This document shows positions 1-14,799 of a DNA stretch of 64,000 nucleotides, piece by piece. A model generated the notes under the pieces. The model was given only the letters and a program-made list of their open reading frames with translations, was not told the DNA's origin and made no database searches. The position numbers were made by a program, and so were the translations under genes. Source of the stretch: Eledone cirrhosa (lineage: Eukaryota); NCBI GenBank assembly GCA_964016885.1, contig OZ024763.1:2728001-2792000 (forward strand), given 5' to 3'. Position 1 is the first letter of the stretch; each line of letters begins with the position of its first letter.

Positions 1-455
1 CACACTGTAAAGTGGTTGTGGAAGTTCCACGGCAAAAAAGCACCCAGCCCACACTGTAAAGTGGTTGTGGAAGTTCCACGGCAAAAAAGCACCCATCCCA
101 CACTGTAAAGTGGTCGTGGAAGTTCCACGGCAAAAAAGCACCCAGCCCACACTGTAAAGTGGTTGTGGAAGTTCCACGGCAAAAAAGCACCCAGCCCACA
201 CTGTAAAGTGGTTGTGGAAGTTCCACGGCAAAAAAGCACCCAGCCCACACTGTAAAGTGGATGTGGAAGTTCCACGGCAAAAAAGCATCCAGCCCACACT
301 GTAAAGTGGTTGTGGAAGTTCCACGGCAAAAAAGCACCCATCCCACACTGTAAAGTGGTCGTGGATTTTCCACGGCAAAAATGCACCGAGCCCACACTGT
401 AAAGTGGACGTGTAGGCACCACGGAAAAAAAAAGCACCCAGCACTCACTGTAAAT
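1..455 (+). repeat. ~50-bp tandem repeat amplified from the RTE/SINE 3' tail
   Basis: ~9 copies of CACACTGTAAAGTGGTTGTGGAAGTTCCACGGCAAAAAAGCACCCAGCC, then the rest of the tail to ~620. Confidence 0.9.
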
Positions 456-1791
456 GAGGTTGGTGTTAGGAAGGGCATCCAGCTGTAGAAATCAAGCCAG
501 AATCAGTTCCCGTATGAGCAAGACAAGGTCAGCCGACCGGACACTGCCCACAACAGGACAACCCGTCTAACCCATGCTAGCGTGGAAGAATCGATATAAA
601 ACGGTGATGATGATGATGATATGAAAGTAGGCTAAAATGTTTTCTAAGGTCTACAGCGGAATGCAGTTTATTTTCACAAAGCCCTTATAGGATGCAACTG
701 AGAGTAGATTTCATGGCCCCAACTCTAACGAGGCCATCATCAGTAAATTTCCATTTTATAGTTAACAATTACTCCCCCCTCCCTCTTGTCAAGCAATATT
801 ATTATATATTGTTGAATGACTTTTAAAGTGTTTCTTTAATTAGTCTCTAATTACTATATATGTTAATTGTTGTAATTAGATCCTGCTTATTACATCATAC
901 TTGTACAACTATCAATTAAGGTTTTGTGTTGCGGGCGGTTTAAGGGGTTTATAGTGCTGTGTGGGTGGGTTTCATAAGAAGCTTGTTTGGTAAGGATTGA
1001 ATGAAATGGGTAATAGTGGTTGGGTGGTGGTAGTGGTGGTGTTAGAAGTAGTGGTGGTGGTGGTATTAGTAGTAGTAGTGGTGGTGGTGGTGGTGGTGGT
1101 GGTATTAGTAGTAGTGTTAGTGGTTGTGGTGGTAGTGTTGTTTTTCATAAGGGTTGAATGGAATGGTTAGTAGTGGTTGGGTGTTGGTGGTGGTGTTAGA
1201 AGTAGTGGTGGTGGTGGTGGTGGTAGTGTTGTTGTTTTTTGATAATGGTTGAATGGAATGGGTAGTTGTGGTGGTGGTGGTGGTGGGGTTAGTGGCGGCA
1301 ATGTTGTTGATTGTGATGGCAATGATGATGATGAAAGTATTGGTGGTGTTGGTGGTGGTGGTGATGATGATGATGATGATGATAGTGTTGTTGTTTGTGG
1401 TAGTGGTAGTAGTGTTGTTGTTAGTGATGGTGTAGTGGTGGTATGGTGATGGTAATGGTGGTGGTGATAATGTTGGTAGTGGTTGTGGTAGCAGTGGTTG
1501 TGATGGTGTTGTTAGTAGTGTTAGTAGTGTTAGTAGTGCTAGCAGTGATGGTTGTTACCATCACTATAAATAAGGCTTAAACAATTAAAGTAACAAAGGG
1601 ATCTGACTGTTATATATTGCAACAACCCAATGACAATAATTACAACAGACCAACATTCATCCCCACTAATTAGCCCCACTAATTAACTCCACCAATTAAC
1701 AATATTAAAGATATCCTAGAAATTTCTTCAAATATTCCATACAAATTTTCAACCATCCTTCTTGTTGAATATAATCTTCTTCTTGTTCTGG

Positions 1792-1828
<37 letters not shown>

Positions 1829-1942
1829 TCCTTGCCTTTCTCTCTTTTACTATTCCCCCCCCCCCATCTCTCTCATACATAAAGGATAATGTAGGGATCA
1901 GCCTTTGTAAAACTTCATATTCATCATGGAGGTTCTTTGTGA

Positions 1943-3030
1943 TGTAATAATGTCATATTTGGCTGTTATTTCTAGCAAGACAAGTGACACCACTAGGCCT
2001 CTCATCTAACATCCTTTCCTGTACAGAAAGAACCCCATGGCAATCTCATCAGGGAGATAATAATGTCATATTTGGCTGTTATTTCTAGCAAGACGAGACA
2101 CCACTAGGCCTCATATTCTAACATCCTTTCCTGTACAGATAGGACATCATGAGACTTTCATCAGGGGGGTTATTTGTGTTGTAATAATGTCATATTTGGC
2201 TGTTATTTCTAGCAATACAAGAGACACCACTAGGCCTCATATTCTAACATCCTTTCCTGTACAGATAGGACACCATGAGACTCTCATCAGGGGGGTTCTT
2301 TGTGTTGTAATAATGTCATATTTGGCTGTTATTTCTAGCAATACAAGAGACACCACTAGGCCTCATATTCTAAAATCCTTTCCTGTACAGATAGGACACC
2401 ATGAGACTTTCATCAGGGGGGTTATTTGTGTTGTAATAATGTCATATTTGGCTGTTATTTCTAGCAATACAAGAGACACCACTAGGCCTCATATTCTAAA
2501 ATCCTTTCCTGTACAGATAGGACATCATAAGACTCTCATCAGGGGGGTTCTTTGTGTTGTAATAATGTCATATTTGGCTGTTATTTCTAGCAAGACAAGA
2601 GACACCACTAGGCCTCATATTCTAAAATCCTTTCCTGTACAGATAGGACATCATAAGACTCTCATCAGGGGGGTTATTTGTGTTGTAATAATGTCATATT
2701 TGGCTGTTATTTCTAGCAAGACAAGAGACACCACTAGGCCTCATATTCTAAAATCCTTTCCTGTACAGATAGGACATCATAAGACTCTCATCAGGGGGGT
2801 TATTTGTGTTGTAATAATGTCATATTTGGCTGTTATTTCTAGCAAGACAAGAGACACCACTAGGCCTCATATTCTAAAATCCTTTCCTGTACAGATAGGA
2901 CATCATAAGACTCTCATCAGGGGGGTTATTTGTGTTGTAATAATGTCATATTTGGCTGTTATTTCTAGCAAGACAAGAGACCACTAGGCCTCATCTTCAT
3001 CCTTTCCTGTACAGAAAGGACACCATGACA
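1943..3030. repeat. 126-bp tandem repeat (~8 copies)
   Basis: Direct periodicity; produces the 42-aa repeat ORF 2187-2987. Confidence 0.95.
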
Positions 3031-3486
3031 ATTCAAAATTTAATTACTCTACACATTGTTCAGGATATTTACATAACCTTATAATATAGAAGTTTCTAGA
3101 TTTAACTTTTGGGTCAGTTTAAAAGGTCAAAGTTCAAATCATTTTAGTCACAAGGTTTCTATAAATCTCTGGGGTTTTTTGGTTTAATTACCCTGCAACT
3201 ACCGGCACAGATAATGGTTGTGTGGTTTAAGCATTTACCCTGCAACTACCGTATATACTCTAATATAAGCCGACCCTTCCCTCTCCTATTTTATGCCTGA
3301 GAAATAAGCAAAATATCCAAACCCTGTTTTTAAAGCAAGGCAGCTAATCAACACATTGTTTAAAGCAGGGACGTGGAACAGGTGGCCCGTGGGCCATAAT
3401 CCCACCAGACCACAATCCCACCAGACCTGTCAGAGTGGTCTGTGAGACCATTTTTAATTTTTACCTTGTAGGCTTATTTAGAATTT

Positions 3487-6045
3487 TGACCTATACTAAA
3501 GGGCTTCACTGATAGGGTTATGTGTGTTATAATTTCCCAGTTACCTATACTAAAGGGCTTCACTGATAGGGTTATGTGTTATAATTTCCCAGTTTACCTA
3601 TACTGAAGGGCTTCACTGATAGGGTTATGTGTGTTATAATTTCCCAGTTACCTATACTAAAGGGCTTCACTGATAGGGTTATGTGTTATAATTTCCCAGT
3701 TACCTATACTAAAGGGCTTCACTGATAGGGTTATGTGTGTTATAATTTCACAGTTGACCTATACTAAAGGGCTTCACTGATAGGGTTATGTGTTATAATT
3801 TCCCAGTTACCTATACTAAAGGGCTTCACTGATAGGGTTATGTGTGTTATAATTTCCCAGTTACCTATACTAAAGGGCTTCACTGATAGGGTTATGTGTG
3901 TTATAATTTCCCAGTTACCTATACTAAAGGGCTTCACTGATAGGGTTATGTGTTATAATTTCCCAGTTACCTATACTAAAGGGCTTCACTGATAGGGTTA
4001 TGTGTGTTATAATTTCACAGTTGACCTATACTAAAGGGCTTCACTGATAGGGTTATGTGTTATAATTTCCCAGTTGACCTATACTAAAGGGCTTCACTGA
4101 TAGGGTTATGTGTTATAATTTCCCAGTTACCTATACTAAAGGGCTTCACTGATAGGGTTATGTGTGTTATAATTTCCCAGTTGACCTATACTAAAGGGCT
4201 TCACTGATAGGGTTATGTGTTATAATTTCACAGTTGACCTATACTAAAGGGCTTCACTGATAGGGTTATGTGTGTTATAATTTCACAGTTACCTATACTA
4301 AAGGGCTTCACTGATAGGGTTATGTGTTATAATTTCCCAGTTTACCTATACTAAAGGGCTTCACTGATAGGGTTATGTGTGTTATAATTTCACAGTTGAC
4401 CTATACTAAAGGGCTTCACTGATAGGGTTATGTGTGTTATAATTTCACAGTTGACCTATACTAAAGGGCTTCACTGATAGGGTTATGTGTGTTATAATTT
4501 CACAGTTGACCTATACTAAAGGGCTTCACTGATAGGGTTATGTGTGTTATAATTTCACAGTTGACCTATACTAAAGGGCTTCACTGATAGGGTTATGTGT
4601 GTTATAATTTCACAGTTGACCTATACTAAAGGGCTTCACTGATAGGGTTATGTGTGTTATAATTTCACAGTTGACCTATACTAAAGGGCTTCACTGATAG
4701 GGTTATGTGTGTTATAATGTCCCAGTTGACCTATACTAAAGGGCTTCACTGATAGGGTTATGTGTGTTATAATTTCACAGTTGACCTATACTAAAAGGCT
4801 TCACTGATAGGGTTATGTGTGTTATAATTTCACAGTTGACCTATACTAAAGGGCTTCACTGATAGGGTTATGTGTTATAATTTCCCAGTTTACCTATACT
4901 AAAGGGCTTCACTGATAGGGTTATGTGTGTTATAATTTCACAGTTGACCTATACTAAAGGGCTTCACTGATAGGGTTATGTGTGTTATAATTTCACAGTT
5001 GACCTATACTAAAGGGCTTCACTGATAGGGTTATGTGTGTTATAATTTCACAGTTGACCTATACTAAAGGGCTTCACTGATAGGGTTATGTGTGTTATAA
5101 TTTCACAGTTGACCTATACTAAAAGGCTTCACTGATAGGGTTATGTGTGTTATAATTTCACAGTTTACCTATACTAAAGGGCTTCACTGATAGGGTTATG
5201 TGTGTTATAATTTCACAGTTGACCTATACTAAAGGGCTTCACTGATAGGGTTATGTGTGTTATAATTTCCCAGTTGACCTATACTAAAGGGCTTCACTGA
5301 TAGGGTTATGTGTGTTATAATTTCACAGTTGACCTATACTAAAGGGCTTCACTGATAGGGTTATGTGTGTTATAATTTCACAGTTGACCTATACTAAAGG
5401 GCTTCACTGATAGGGTTATGTGTGTTATAATTTCCCAGTTGACCTATACTAAAGGGCTTCACTGATAGGGTTATGTGTGTTATAATTTCACAGTTGACCT
5501 ATACTAAAGGGCTTCACTGATAGGGTTATGTGTGTTATAATTTCACAGTTGACCTATACTAAAGGGCTTCACTGATAGGGTTATGTGTATTATAATTTCC
5601 CAGTTTACCTATACTAAAGGGCTTCACTGATAGGGTTATGTGTGTTATAATTTCACAGTTGACCTATACTAAAGGGCTTCACTGATAGGGTTATGTGTGT
5701 TATAATTTCACAGTTGACCTATACTAAAGGGCTTCACTGATAGGGTTATGTGTGTTATAATTTCACAGTTGACCTATACTAAAGGGCTTCACTGATAGGG
5801 TTATGTGTGTTATAATTTCACAGTTGACCTATACTAAAGGGCTTCACTGATAGGGTTATGTGTGTTATAATTTCACAGTTGACCTATACTAAAGGGCTTC
5901 ACTGATAGGGTTATGTGTGTTATAATTTCACAGTTGACCTATACTAAAAGGCTTCACTGATAGGGTTATGTGTGTTATAATTTCACAGTTGACCTATACT
6001 AAAGGGCTTCACTGATAGGGTTATGTGTGTTATAATTTCCCAGTT
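3487..6045. repeat. 52-55-bp minisatellite (~47 copies)
   Basis: CCTATACTAAAGGGCTTCACTGATAGGGTTATGTGTGTTATAATTTCACAGTTGA. Confidence 0.97.
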
Positions 6046-6367
6046 CCATGTTATGGAAAGAAGTTGTGGTGGATCTTTGGAATTGTGGTTTTCATTAGAT
6101 TATATATTTTTGACAGTGACTGGCCCTAATAGTTGTTCCAGTGTTCAAAGGTGACCCGCCAATGGAATATGTTGCAAGACCCTGCTTTAGAGGGTGTATA
6201 TAATCCAATCGCTCATTTTACCATCAATCTTTTTTTTTTTATTTGGTCACATATTCCTCGACTTCTATTCAACTACATACACTATATTGCTTTGTCATCA
6301 TCATCATCATCGTTTAATGTCTTTTTTTTTTTTTTTTCCATGCTTGCATGGGTTAGACGATGACAAC

Positions 6368-6658
6368 CAGGGCCGGATTTAATGGAGGGAGGGGGGGGGG
6401 GGAAACAAAAGTATGGAGCCCCACCAGTGACAGCAGTACCAATTTATTTGTGTCCTCAGCTGGGCTTCTTAGTTTTAGGATGATTAGAATTTTTGAATTC
6501 AATACCTGAATCTATAACTTTTCAATTCCAATTACTTGCACCAAGTTAACTTGGATTTGTAAATTTGGGTGGGGTTGGAGGGAGGTTGATGTGTATTGTA
6601 TTTTTTATGTATGAGCCCCCTCCCCTCCCCCCCCCCTCAAGGTCTAAATCCAACCCAG
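6368..6658. mobile_element. hAT-like MITE
   Basis: Imperfect TIRs CAGGGCCGGATTTA / TAAATCCAACCCAG flanked by 8-bp near-duplication ATGACAAC / GTGACAAC. Confidence 0.65.
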
Positions 6659-6869
6659 GTGACAACATAAGGTATTGGGTCGTCAAGTATGAAATTTGTA
6701 GAAAAAAAAAAAGACAAATTTCTACAAATTTCATACTTGATGACTCCAATAAAAAGAGGATATAAACATGACCCCTCCCTCCCACTGCCTTCACTTTCTT
6801 TAAATCTTTCGTCCAAAGTTTATTGGTTTCTTCTATTTTGATTTAAATATATTTTCTTCTTCTGTTCAG

Positions 6870-6957
6870 GAAACATACGATGGATGGCCAGTTGTACTGT
6901 GAGTCTCACTTTCCTCATGATCCTGTCACATCACCATCAGCTCTCACCAGTGACAAG
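6870..6957 (+). CDS. Putative coding exon 1 (in window): KHTMDGQLYCESHFPHDPVTSPSALTSDK, resembling the C-terminal end of a LIM domain
   Basis: Pyrimidine tract+CAG acceptor (6868-69), AAG|GTAACT donor; open frame; DGQLYCxxH[F/Y] matches LIM C-terminus; ends in phase 0, compatible with the 14950 exon. Confidence 0.65.
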
Positions 6958-8231
6958 GTAACTATAACACTTTCATATATATTTCTCATTTAAACCTACT
7001 AATCCGTGTTAGCATGGGTTTAGACGGGGCATTGTCCCATGTGAGGCAAGATTGGTTGCCTTGCTTATATATATATATATAATCATCATCATCATTTCAT
7101 TTTATGTCTGCTTTTTCCCTGCTTGCAAGGGTGGGACAGGAACTGATGCTGGCTTGATTTCTACAGCTGGATGCCCTTCCTAACACCAACCTCATTTACA
7201 GTGAGTGCTGGGTGCTTTTTTGCCGTGGCACCTCCACGACCACTTTGCAGTAGAATGATAGGGACCCCAGTCCCTATCATCTCATTTCTACAGCTGAGTA
7301 AACTGGAGCAATGTGAAATAAAGTGTCTTGCTCACCCGGTCTGAGAATTGAACTCACAACCTTTCGATTGCAAGGCCAATGCTCTAACCACTAAGCCATG
7401 TGCCTCTATGTATATATATGTATATATATATATTGTTATACCTTGGGAGGGTCATGTTGCCAATAAGAAACACACGCACCAGTTACTTTCACTTCAATTT
7501 ATTATAATAAATTTATAAATTTAGGAATTTATAAATTTCCGGTTGGTTGGTTGGTTGGTTCCACAACCAGATGGTTGTTTATATATTGTCAAAGTTCTTT
7601 CGTCGCACATTCTGTGACCTCTTCAGTGACTGGGGATTCTTTTCTTTGTTTTTGTGCCTCTCCTTTGTTCTGTCCTACACCATCTTGTTTTTGTGTGTCT
7701 TTTTATATATATATATATATATGTGCGTATATATGTGTATATATATATACATCTCCTTATCTATTGTTTCCTCTCAATATCTGACATGTAGTGTTTAGAA
7801 TGACACAACAGATAGTCTCCTCCCCCTCTTCCTCCTTACAATAGAGGTGTTTGTTTATATTAACTGTACACACACACACACACACTTACTAATACATACA
7901 CACTTACACACACTCACACACATACACACTCACACATACTCTCACTTACACACACACACACTTACTCACACATACACACACTCACACATACACACACTCA
8001 CACTTACTAATACATACACACTTACACACACTCTCACTTACTCACACACACACTTACTCACACATACACACACTCATACATACACACACTCACACTTACT
8101 CACACACACACTCACACTTACTCACACACACACTTACTCACTCATACACACTTATTCACACACACTCACATACACACTTACTCACACACGCACACCCACT
8201 TACTCACTGACACACACACATACTTACTCAT

Positions 8232-8293
<62 letters not shown>

Positions 8294-8614
8294 TCACAAA
8301 TACACTAACTCACACTTACTCACACACACACACATATATATACACACACACTTATTCGCATACACATACATATTCACACACATTGACTCATTCACTCACA
8401 CACTTACACACACACTGACACACATACACAAACACTCTCACACACTTACACTCATACACATACTTTCACACACACACACACACACAGGGTGTCCCCCCAA
8501 AAAATGTATACACATTTCAACACCATTCTAATGAAAGTGTATATACATTTTTGGGTGGACACCCTCTCTCTCTCTCTGTCTCTCTCTCTCTCTCTCTATG
8601 TCCCTCTCTCTCTC

Positions 8615-8691
<77 letters not shown>

Positions 8692-8754
8692 ATGTCCCTC
8701 TCTCTCTCTCTCTATGTCCCTCTCTCTCTCTCTCTATGTCCCTCTCTCTCTCTC

Positions 8755-8852
<98 letters not shown>

Positions 8853-8966
8853 TACTTTCACACACACACACACAGGGTGTCCCCCCAAAAAATGTATACA
8901 CATTTCAACAGCATTCTAATGAAAGTGTATATATATATTTTTGGGTGGACCCCCCCTCTCTCTCTC

Positions 8967-8998
<32 letters not shown>

Positions 8999-9895
8999 TG
9001 CTATGTACATTCAAGAGAAGTCGACTGCCCTTGGGACCCCTAGACTTAAGATGTCAACTGTATATATGTGTTGTATGTCTTAACAACTTAACAACCCATC
9101 AGATTCCCACACACTATTGGCCTCTCAGGTTTTGGCCAGGAAGTATGACATTGCATTAGCAGCAGTAGCACCAGAGACAAGGCCCTTGAAATATTACACA
9201 GAGTATATATACACATATATACACACATAATATGTATGTATGTATAATATATTATTAGAGCCACTGTCTTCATTGACCTGGAAAAGCAACAACATATACA
9301 CACCGAGCTTAAAGGATTACACACACAGTATATATATTTATATATACAAATATTTATATATAATTGTTTCTACTTTAGGCACAAGGCCAGCAATTATCCC
9401 AGTGCATTACTGGTACTTTATTTTATCGCCCCCCGTAAGAATGAAATGAAAGGCAAAATTAACCTTGGCAGGATTTGAACTCAGACCATAAAGGGCCATA
9501 ACTCTCTGCTGCAAAGCATGGTGTCCAACGCCCTACCGGTATTGCGTATAACGGAAGGTGCTGCTGCACTATAGCAGAGGAGCTATCGAATTATCGGAGG
9601 CATCACGAAGCACTCAATAAGTGAGAAATGGATATATATTTCCACTCAGAGTGAACACAAAAAGTTAAGGGTTTGTGGCACCAGGAATAAAGCAACCAGA
9701 GCCATGTTGTCACTGTAATATAACAACATTGATATATACAAACAGGATATATATTTAATATACCATTACAACCGCTGTCTTTATTGACATATTGACATGA
9801 TAAAACTACTCCATATACACGGAGATTAACGGATTACACACACACATATATATATATATACACACACACACATATACATATATACACACACACAC

Positions 9896-9934
<39 letters not shown>

Positions 9935-10143
9935 ATATGATGTTGTGGCTAGAGCTTCTATTTGTGCTTGTTTTGCTCCCTGGTTGACGTTCACCACTTC
10001 CTATCTCAGGCCATAATAGGTTATGAGGAGCCAAGGTATATATATACTGTTATTTATATTATTATTATTACTGCTACAACCACTGACCACATTACTAAGA
10101 ACAACAACAACATACAAGGGCCTTTACACTATTACACATGCAG

Positions 10144-10195
<52 letters not shown>

Positions 10196-10463
10196 CGGGT
10201 AAAATTCCCGAGATCCATGGACGAGTTCTCTCCAGCGGTCTCTGTCCCTCATTATCACTGCCATGTCCTGCGTCTCCAACAGACCAGTGTCTGTCCTTAG
10301 GGCATCAACATATGTTAACCTTGGTCTTCCTCTTCTAGTGTGTCCATGTAGGGGCTCCCAAAGGAGCACTGAGTGCAATGTCAACTCTGGATGTCGGTGA
10401 GCATGGGTTAGACGGGTCCTATTTTGAGGCAAGTTGTGTCGGGTGAGTGTCTCGCTCATATAG

Positions 10464-10516
<53 letters not shown>

Positions 10517-10560
10517 TATAATATAAGATAAGATCAAAAGATGGTTAAAAGAGTTCCAAG

Positions 10561-10631
10561 TATTTTATTATGCGCATTTCAAAAACAAATATCATCATGG
10601 GATGATATCTGCGTTCTCATCAGATAAAATA
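10561..10631 (-). ncRNA. Minimal type I hammerhead ribozyme
   Basis: Minus strand: UAUUUUAU-CUGAUGA-16 bp stem II-GAAA-UGCGCA(palindrome)-UA-AUAAAAUA; stem I is 8 perfect bp. Confidence 0.85.
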
Positions 10632-10688
10632 GGGAGACATGATATGAAGCTTAAAAAACTATATATATATATATATATAAACTATAAA

Positions 10689-10725
<37 letters not shown>

Positions 10726-11122
10726 AAAAACTATATATATATATATCCAGGGAGTGTAACTTGGAGTTACTGTAGGTTCACCCGGGTGAGCACTCGATGT
10801 TTAGGTTCACTTCAGTGTCGAGGTGTAGAGCTAGACAGAGTGTATTATAGTGAAATAAGATAACAAGGACGATTGGTTACACCTTCATTGCATTTATTGG
10901 TTGGTGACATGTGTTTCACCACTGATCAGCTCAAAGTTTGATCTGTATTGATCTGACCTGACTCTGTAATCTGCAGCTCGGCGGACCCCTTAAAATGCTA
11001 GTAGAAAAAATATATATATATATACAAATAATGAATCAATACATATCAAATATGTTTAGAATTTTGTGTTTCTCAATAAGCAAGCTCAATAGACTTTATC
11101 TAGAGCCATAATAACCAAATAA

Positions 11123-11169
<47 letters not shown>

Positions 11170-11380
11170 TATATGGCTCTGTCTCTCTCTCTTTCTCTCT
11201 CTCTCTCTATATATATATATATACTGTAGTAAAAGTTAGGTAGAAATATCCAAGAGTAAGAGCACTCAGTCCATAGGACGAGTTTAGTATAATTAGTTAC
11301 AATAGTGACATATACAGGTACTTAAGTTCCATTGGGTTCTGGACCCCAACTTAAGCACCTGTTTATGTCACTGTTGTAGC

Positions 11381-11419
<39 letters not shown>

Positions 11420-11640
11420 AAGTATATATCCCTACACGCAAAAAGAGTCCAGGGACACATGTATTGTCCAACCATATGCCAATGTGGTTCAATGGCAGGT
11501 TAATAAATTAACGAGCCAGAACATATATAATCAAGGTTTAGCAAATAAGAAAAAATTTCAAAATAAATTTCAAAAATTCACTGTGAGTACAGTGAATTTT
11601 TGAAATTCATTTGAAACTTTTTCTTATTTGCTAAACCTTG

Positions 11641-11680
<40 letters not shown>

Positions 11681-12376
11681 CACATATATAAGATCCTCTT
11701 CCTGCTATTTCACACGTTAAACTAATATATTCCTTCCATATACTGTACCATTTGTGTTGTTAGTTCTGTTTACCTTTAACACACACACACACACACACAC
11801 ACACACTATCAAAGCTTCTGACTTCATTGAAATACCTGCTCCTACTTAACTCTATCATGACCACGTTTCTAATGAAATACACTCTATTTTAATTAATTAA
11901 TGAAGAATTTTAAAGGATTTACTAAAATTATTGATTATTTCATTACTAAGATAGTAATTTGATGTAAGATCCTTATATAAAATTATGTTGGAAGATTTTA
12001 ATTTAAATATGAACCCTTTAAGATGTGTGGTTTTGAAGGGTTTACTAAAATTATTAATTATTTCATTACTAAGACAGTAATTTGATGTAAGATCCTTATA
12101 TAAAATTATGTAGGAAGATTTTAATTTAAATTAGAAACCCTTAAAATGGGTGAGGGCTCTTTGCCCTAGCGGACAGGGTGACCGTGGCTTTTGTGGGATC
12201 TCTACACGAGTGACCCTTAGAGTCTCCTCACCTTTGGGGAAGTTATGTTTGTTTTCTTTTAAGACCAAAAATTTGTTTAGGAGATGCTTAGGTGAGTGCT
12301 GCCACCTGATATTCCAGATTTGTTTTATTGTATACCTATAATATTAAAGTAGATATTTCCTTTGTCTTGCAACATT

Positions 12377-12580
12377 ATGCCCGTTGCCTGCAATCTATGC
12401 CCGTTGCCTGCAATCTATGCCCGTTGCCTGCAATCTATGCCCGTTGCCTGCAATCTATGCCCGTTGCCTGCAATCTATGCCTGTTGCCTGCAATCTATGC
12501 CCATTGCCTGCAATCTATGCCCATTGCCTGCAATCTATACCCATTGCCTGCAATCTATGCCTGTTGCCTGCAATCTATGC
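12377..12580. repeat. 20-bp tandem repeat (~10 copies)
   Basis: GCCCGTTGCCTGCAATCTAT. Confidence 0.95.
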
Positions 12581-12968
12581 TAAGAATCTAATGATGACAT
12601 AAAGCCCTACAGTTTTCTTGTCCATCTTCTACAACTGATTCCTGAAATCATCTGAATCCCGCCGAGGTCAACTTGGCCTTTCATCCTTACGGGGTCGATA
12701 AAATAAAGTACCAGTAATGTACTGGGTAATTGCTGGCCTTGTGCCAAAAGTAGAAACAAGTATTATTGTTATTATTATTGTTGAGTTCAAATCCCGCCGA
12801 GGTTAACTTTGCCTTTCATCCTTACGGGGTCTATAAAATAAAGTACCAGTAATACACTGGGGTCGATTTAATCAATTTTCCCCTTCCCCAAAATTGCTGG
12901 CCTTGTGCTTATATCAGAAACCATTATTAATATTATTATTATTATTATTATTACATATCAATGTAATG

Positions 12969-13290
12969 ACGGTGGATTGGCAGTATCGGTAGAGGGTCGG
13001 ACGCCATGCTTTGACGCATAGAGTTACGGCCCTTGCCATTCTGAGTTCAAATCCCGCCGAGGTTAACTTTGCCTTTCATCCTTACGGGGTCAATAAAATA
13101 AAGTACCAGTAATGCACTGGGGTAATTGCTGGCCTTGTGCTAAAAGTAGAAACAATTATTATTGTTGAGTTCAAATCCCGCCGAGGTTAACTTTGCCTTT
13201 CATCCTTACGGGGTCGATAAAATAAAGTACCAGTAATGCACTGGGGTAATTGCTGGCCTTGTGCCAAAAGTAGAAACAATTATTATTGTT
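12969..13290 (+). mobile_element. tRNA-headed SINE family A; other copies ~9362-9540(-), 12655-12950, 13510-13700(-), 27100-27285(-), 27787-27972(-), 29232-29420, 29912-30100(-), 42285-42705, 48105-48325, 57000-57185
   Basis: A/B-box-like head (TGGCAGTATCGG, GAGTTCAAATCCC), conserved core GCCTTTCATCCTTACGGGGTCGATAAAATAAAGTACCAG, (ATT)n tail. Confidence 0.85.
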
Positions 13291-13705
13291 ATATATCATG
13301 AAGCAGCAAATGTGGATGTCACCACTTAATAGTCTGGTATTCTTCAGTGTCTCATCTCTCTCAAGTAGGATGATGTGAAGTCATTTAAAGAATCTGTGTG
13401 AACTGAAATATTAGAAATTGCTGCTGTTAACCCTTTCCTTACCATATTCCTTGATTTCTACTGAAAGACACTACTGATAGGATTTCTGTTCATTTTGGAA
13501 ATAATTAAGTGATAATTGTTTCTACTTTAGGCACAAGGCCAGCAATTACCCAGTGCATTACTGGTACTTTATTTTATCGACCCCGTAAGGATGAAAGGCA
13601 AAGTCAACCTCGGCGGGATTTGAACTCAGATCGTAAAGGGACGTAACTATGCTGGAAAGCATGGCGTCCAACCCTCTACCGATACTGCCAATCCACCATA
13701 ATTAA

Positions 13706-14062
13706 GTGATAATGAAGGCTGGGGGTAGGCTTGGTGGTTCTTTGGTTGTTGTTGTTTTTGTGTGAGGTGGGTGTTTTGTGATAATGAAGGGTGGGGGTAG
13801 GCTTGGTGGTTCTTTGGTTGTTGTTTTTGTGTGGGGTGGGTGTTTTGTGATAATGAAGGGTGGGGGTAGGCTTGGTGGTTCTTTGGTTGTTGTTGTTTTT
13901 GTGTGGGGTGGGTGTTTTGTGATAATGAAGGGTGGGGTAGGCTTGGTGGTTCTTTGGTTGTTGTTGTTTTTGTGTGGGGTGGGTATTTTGTGATAATGAA
14001 GGGTGGGGTAGGCTTGGTGTTTCTTTGGTTGTTGTTGTTTTTGTGTGGGGTGGGTGTTTTGT
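13706..14062. repeat. ~70-bp G/T-rich tandem repeat (5 copies)
   Basis: GTGATAATGAAGGGTGGGGGTAGGCTTGG... periodicity. Confidence 0.9.
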
Positions 14063-14562
14063 TAAGATGTGTGGCTTAGTGGTTAGATAATTGACCGGCT
14101 GACCAGCCCACTGACCAATTGACCGACTGACCACCCAACCAACCAGCCGACATGGCACTCTTTTAACAAACCTATTATCATCATTAACTGCCAGGTTAAC
14201 TTTGCCTTTCATCCTTACAGGGTTGATAAAATAAAGTACCAGTAATACACTGGCGTTGATTTAATCGACTTTGGCCTCCCCAACAAATTACTGACCTTGT
14301 GCCTAAAGTAGAAACAATTATTATTAATAATAATAATAATAATAATGGTACCATTATCATGATTGTTGTTTTTGTTATTGTTGTTGTTGTTATTGATGTT
14401 GTTGTTATTGATGTTGTTGTTATTGTTGTTATTGATGTTGTTGTTATTGATGTTGTTGTTATTGTTGTTGCTGTTGTACCCAACTCATCTAAACATTACT
14501 ATCTACTTCAGTACGATGTGTGAGAAAGTAGATTCATTCACAATTAAAAATAATTGAGATCA

Positions 14563-14638
<76 letters not shown>

Positions 14639-14700
14639 TCCCAAGGCTCTGATACCATCAACACTATACACACAGGGCTGGCATATCTAAGAACTGACTA

Positions 14701-14758
14701 ACTGCCTGATGAGGCCATAGCCATTCAGTGGCTATCATCGAAATATATATATAGCAGT
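14701..14758 (+). ncRNA. Minimal type I hammerhead ribozyme, sense to host gene
   Basis: ACUGC-CUGAUGA-G..AUAGCCA/UGGCUAU..C-GAAA-UAUAUAUA-UA-GCAGU; AATAAA follows at 14760. Confidence 0.75.
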
Positions 14759-14799
14759 AAATAAAGGATTATGAGTTCATGCAATTGACTTATGTTTCG

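Noticed and set aside
2187-2987. 266-aa ORF with 42-aa repeats
   Set aside because: 126-bp tandem repeat; flanking units are frameshifted; no domain or splice evidence
3505-3520. CTGATAG in the 55-bp repeat as a hammerhead core
   Set aside because: Not CUGANGA, and no GAAA or stems
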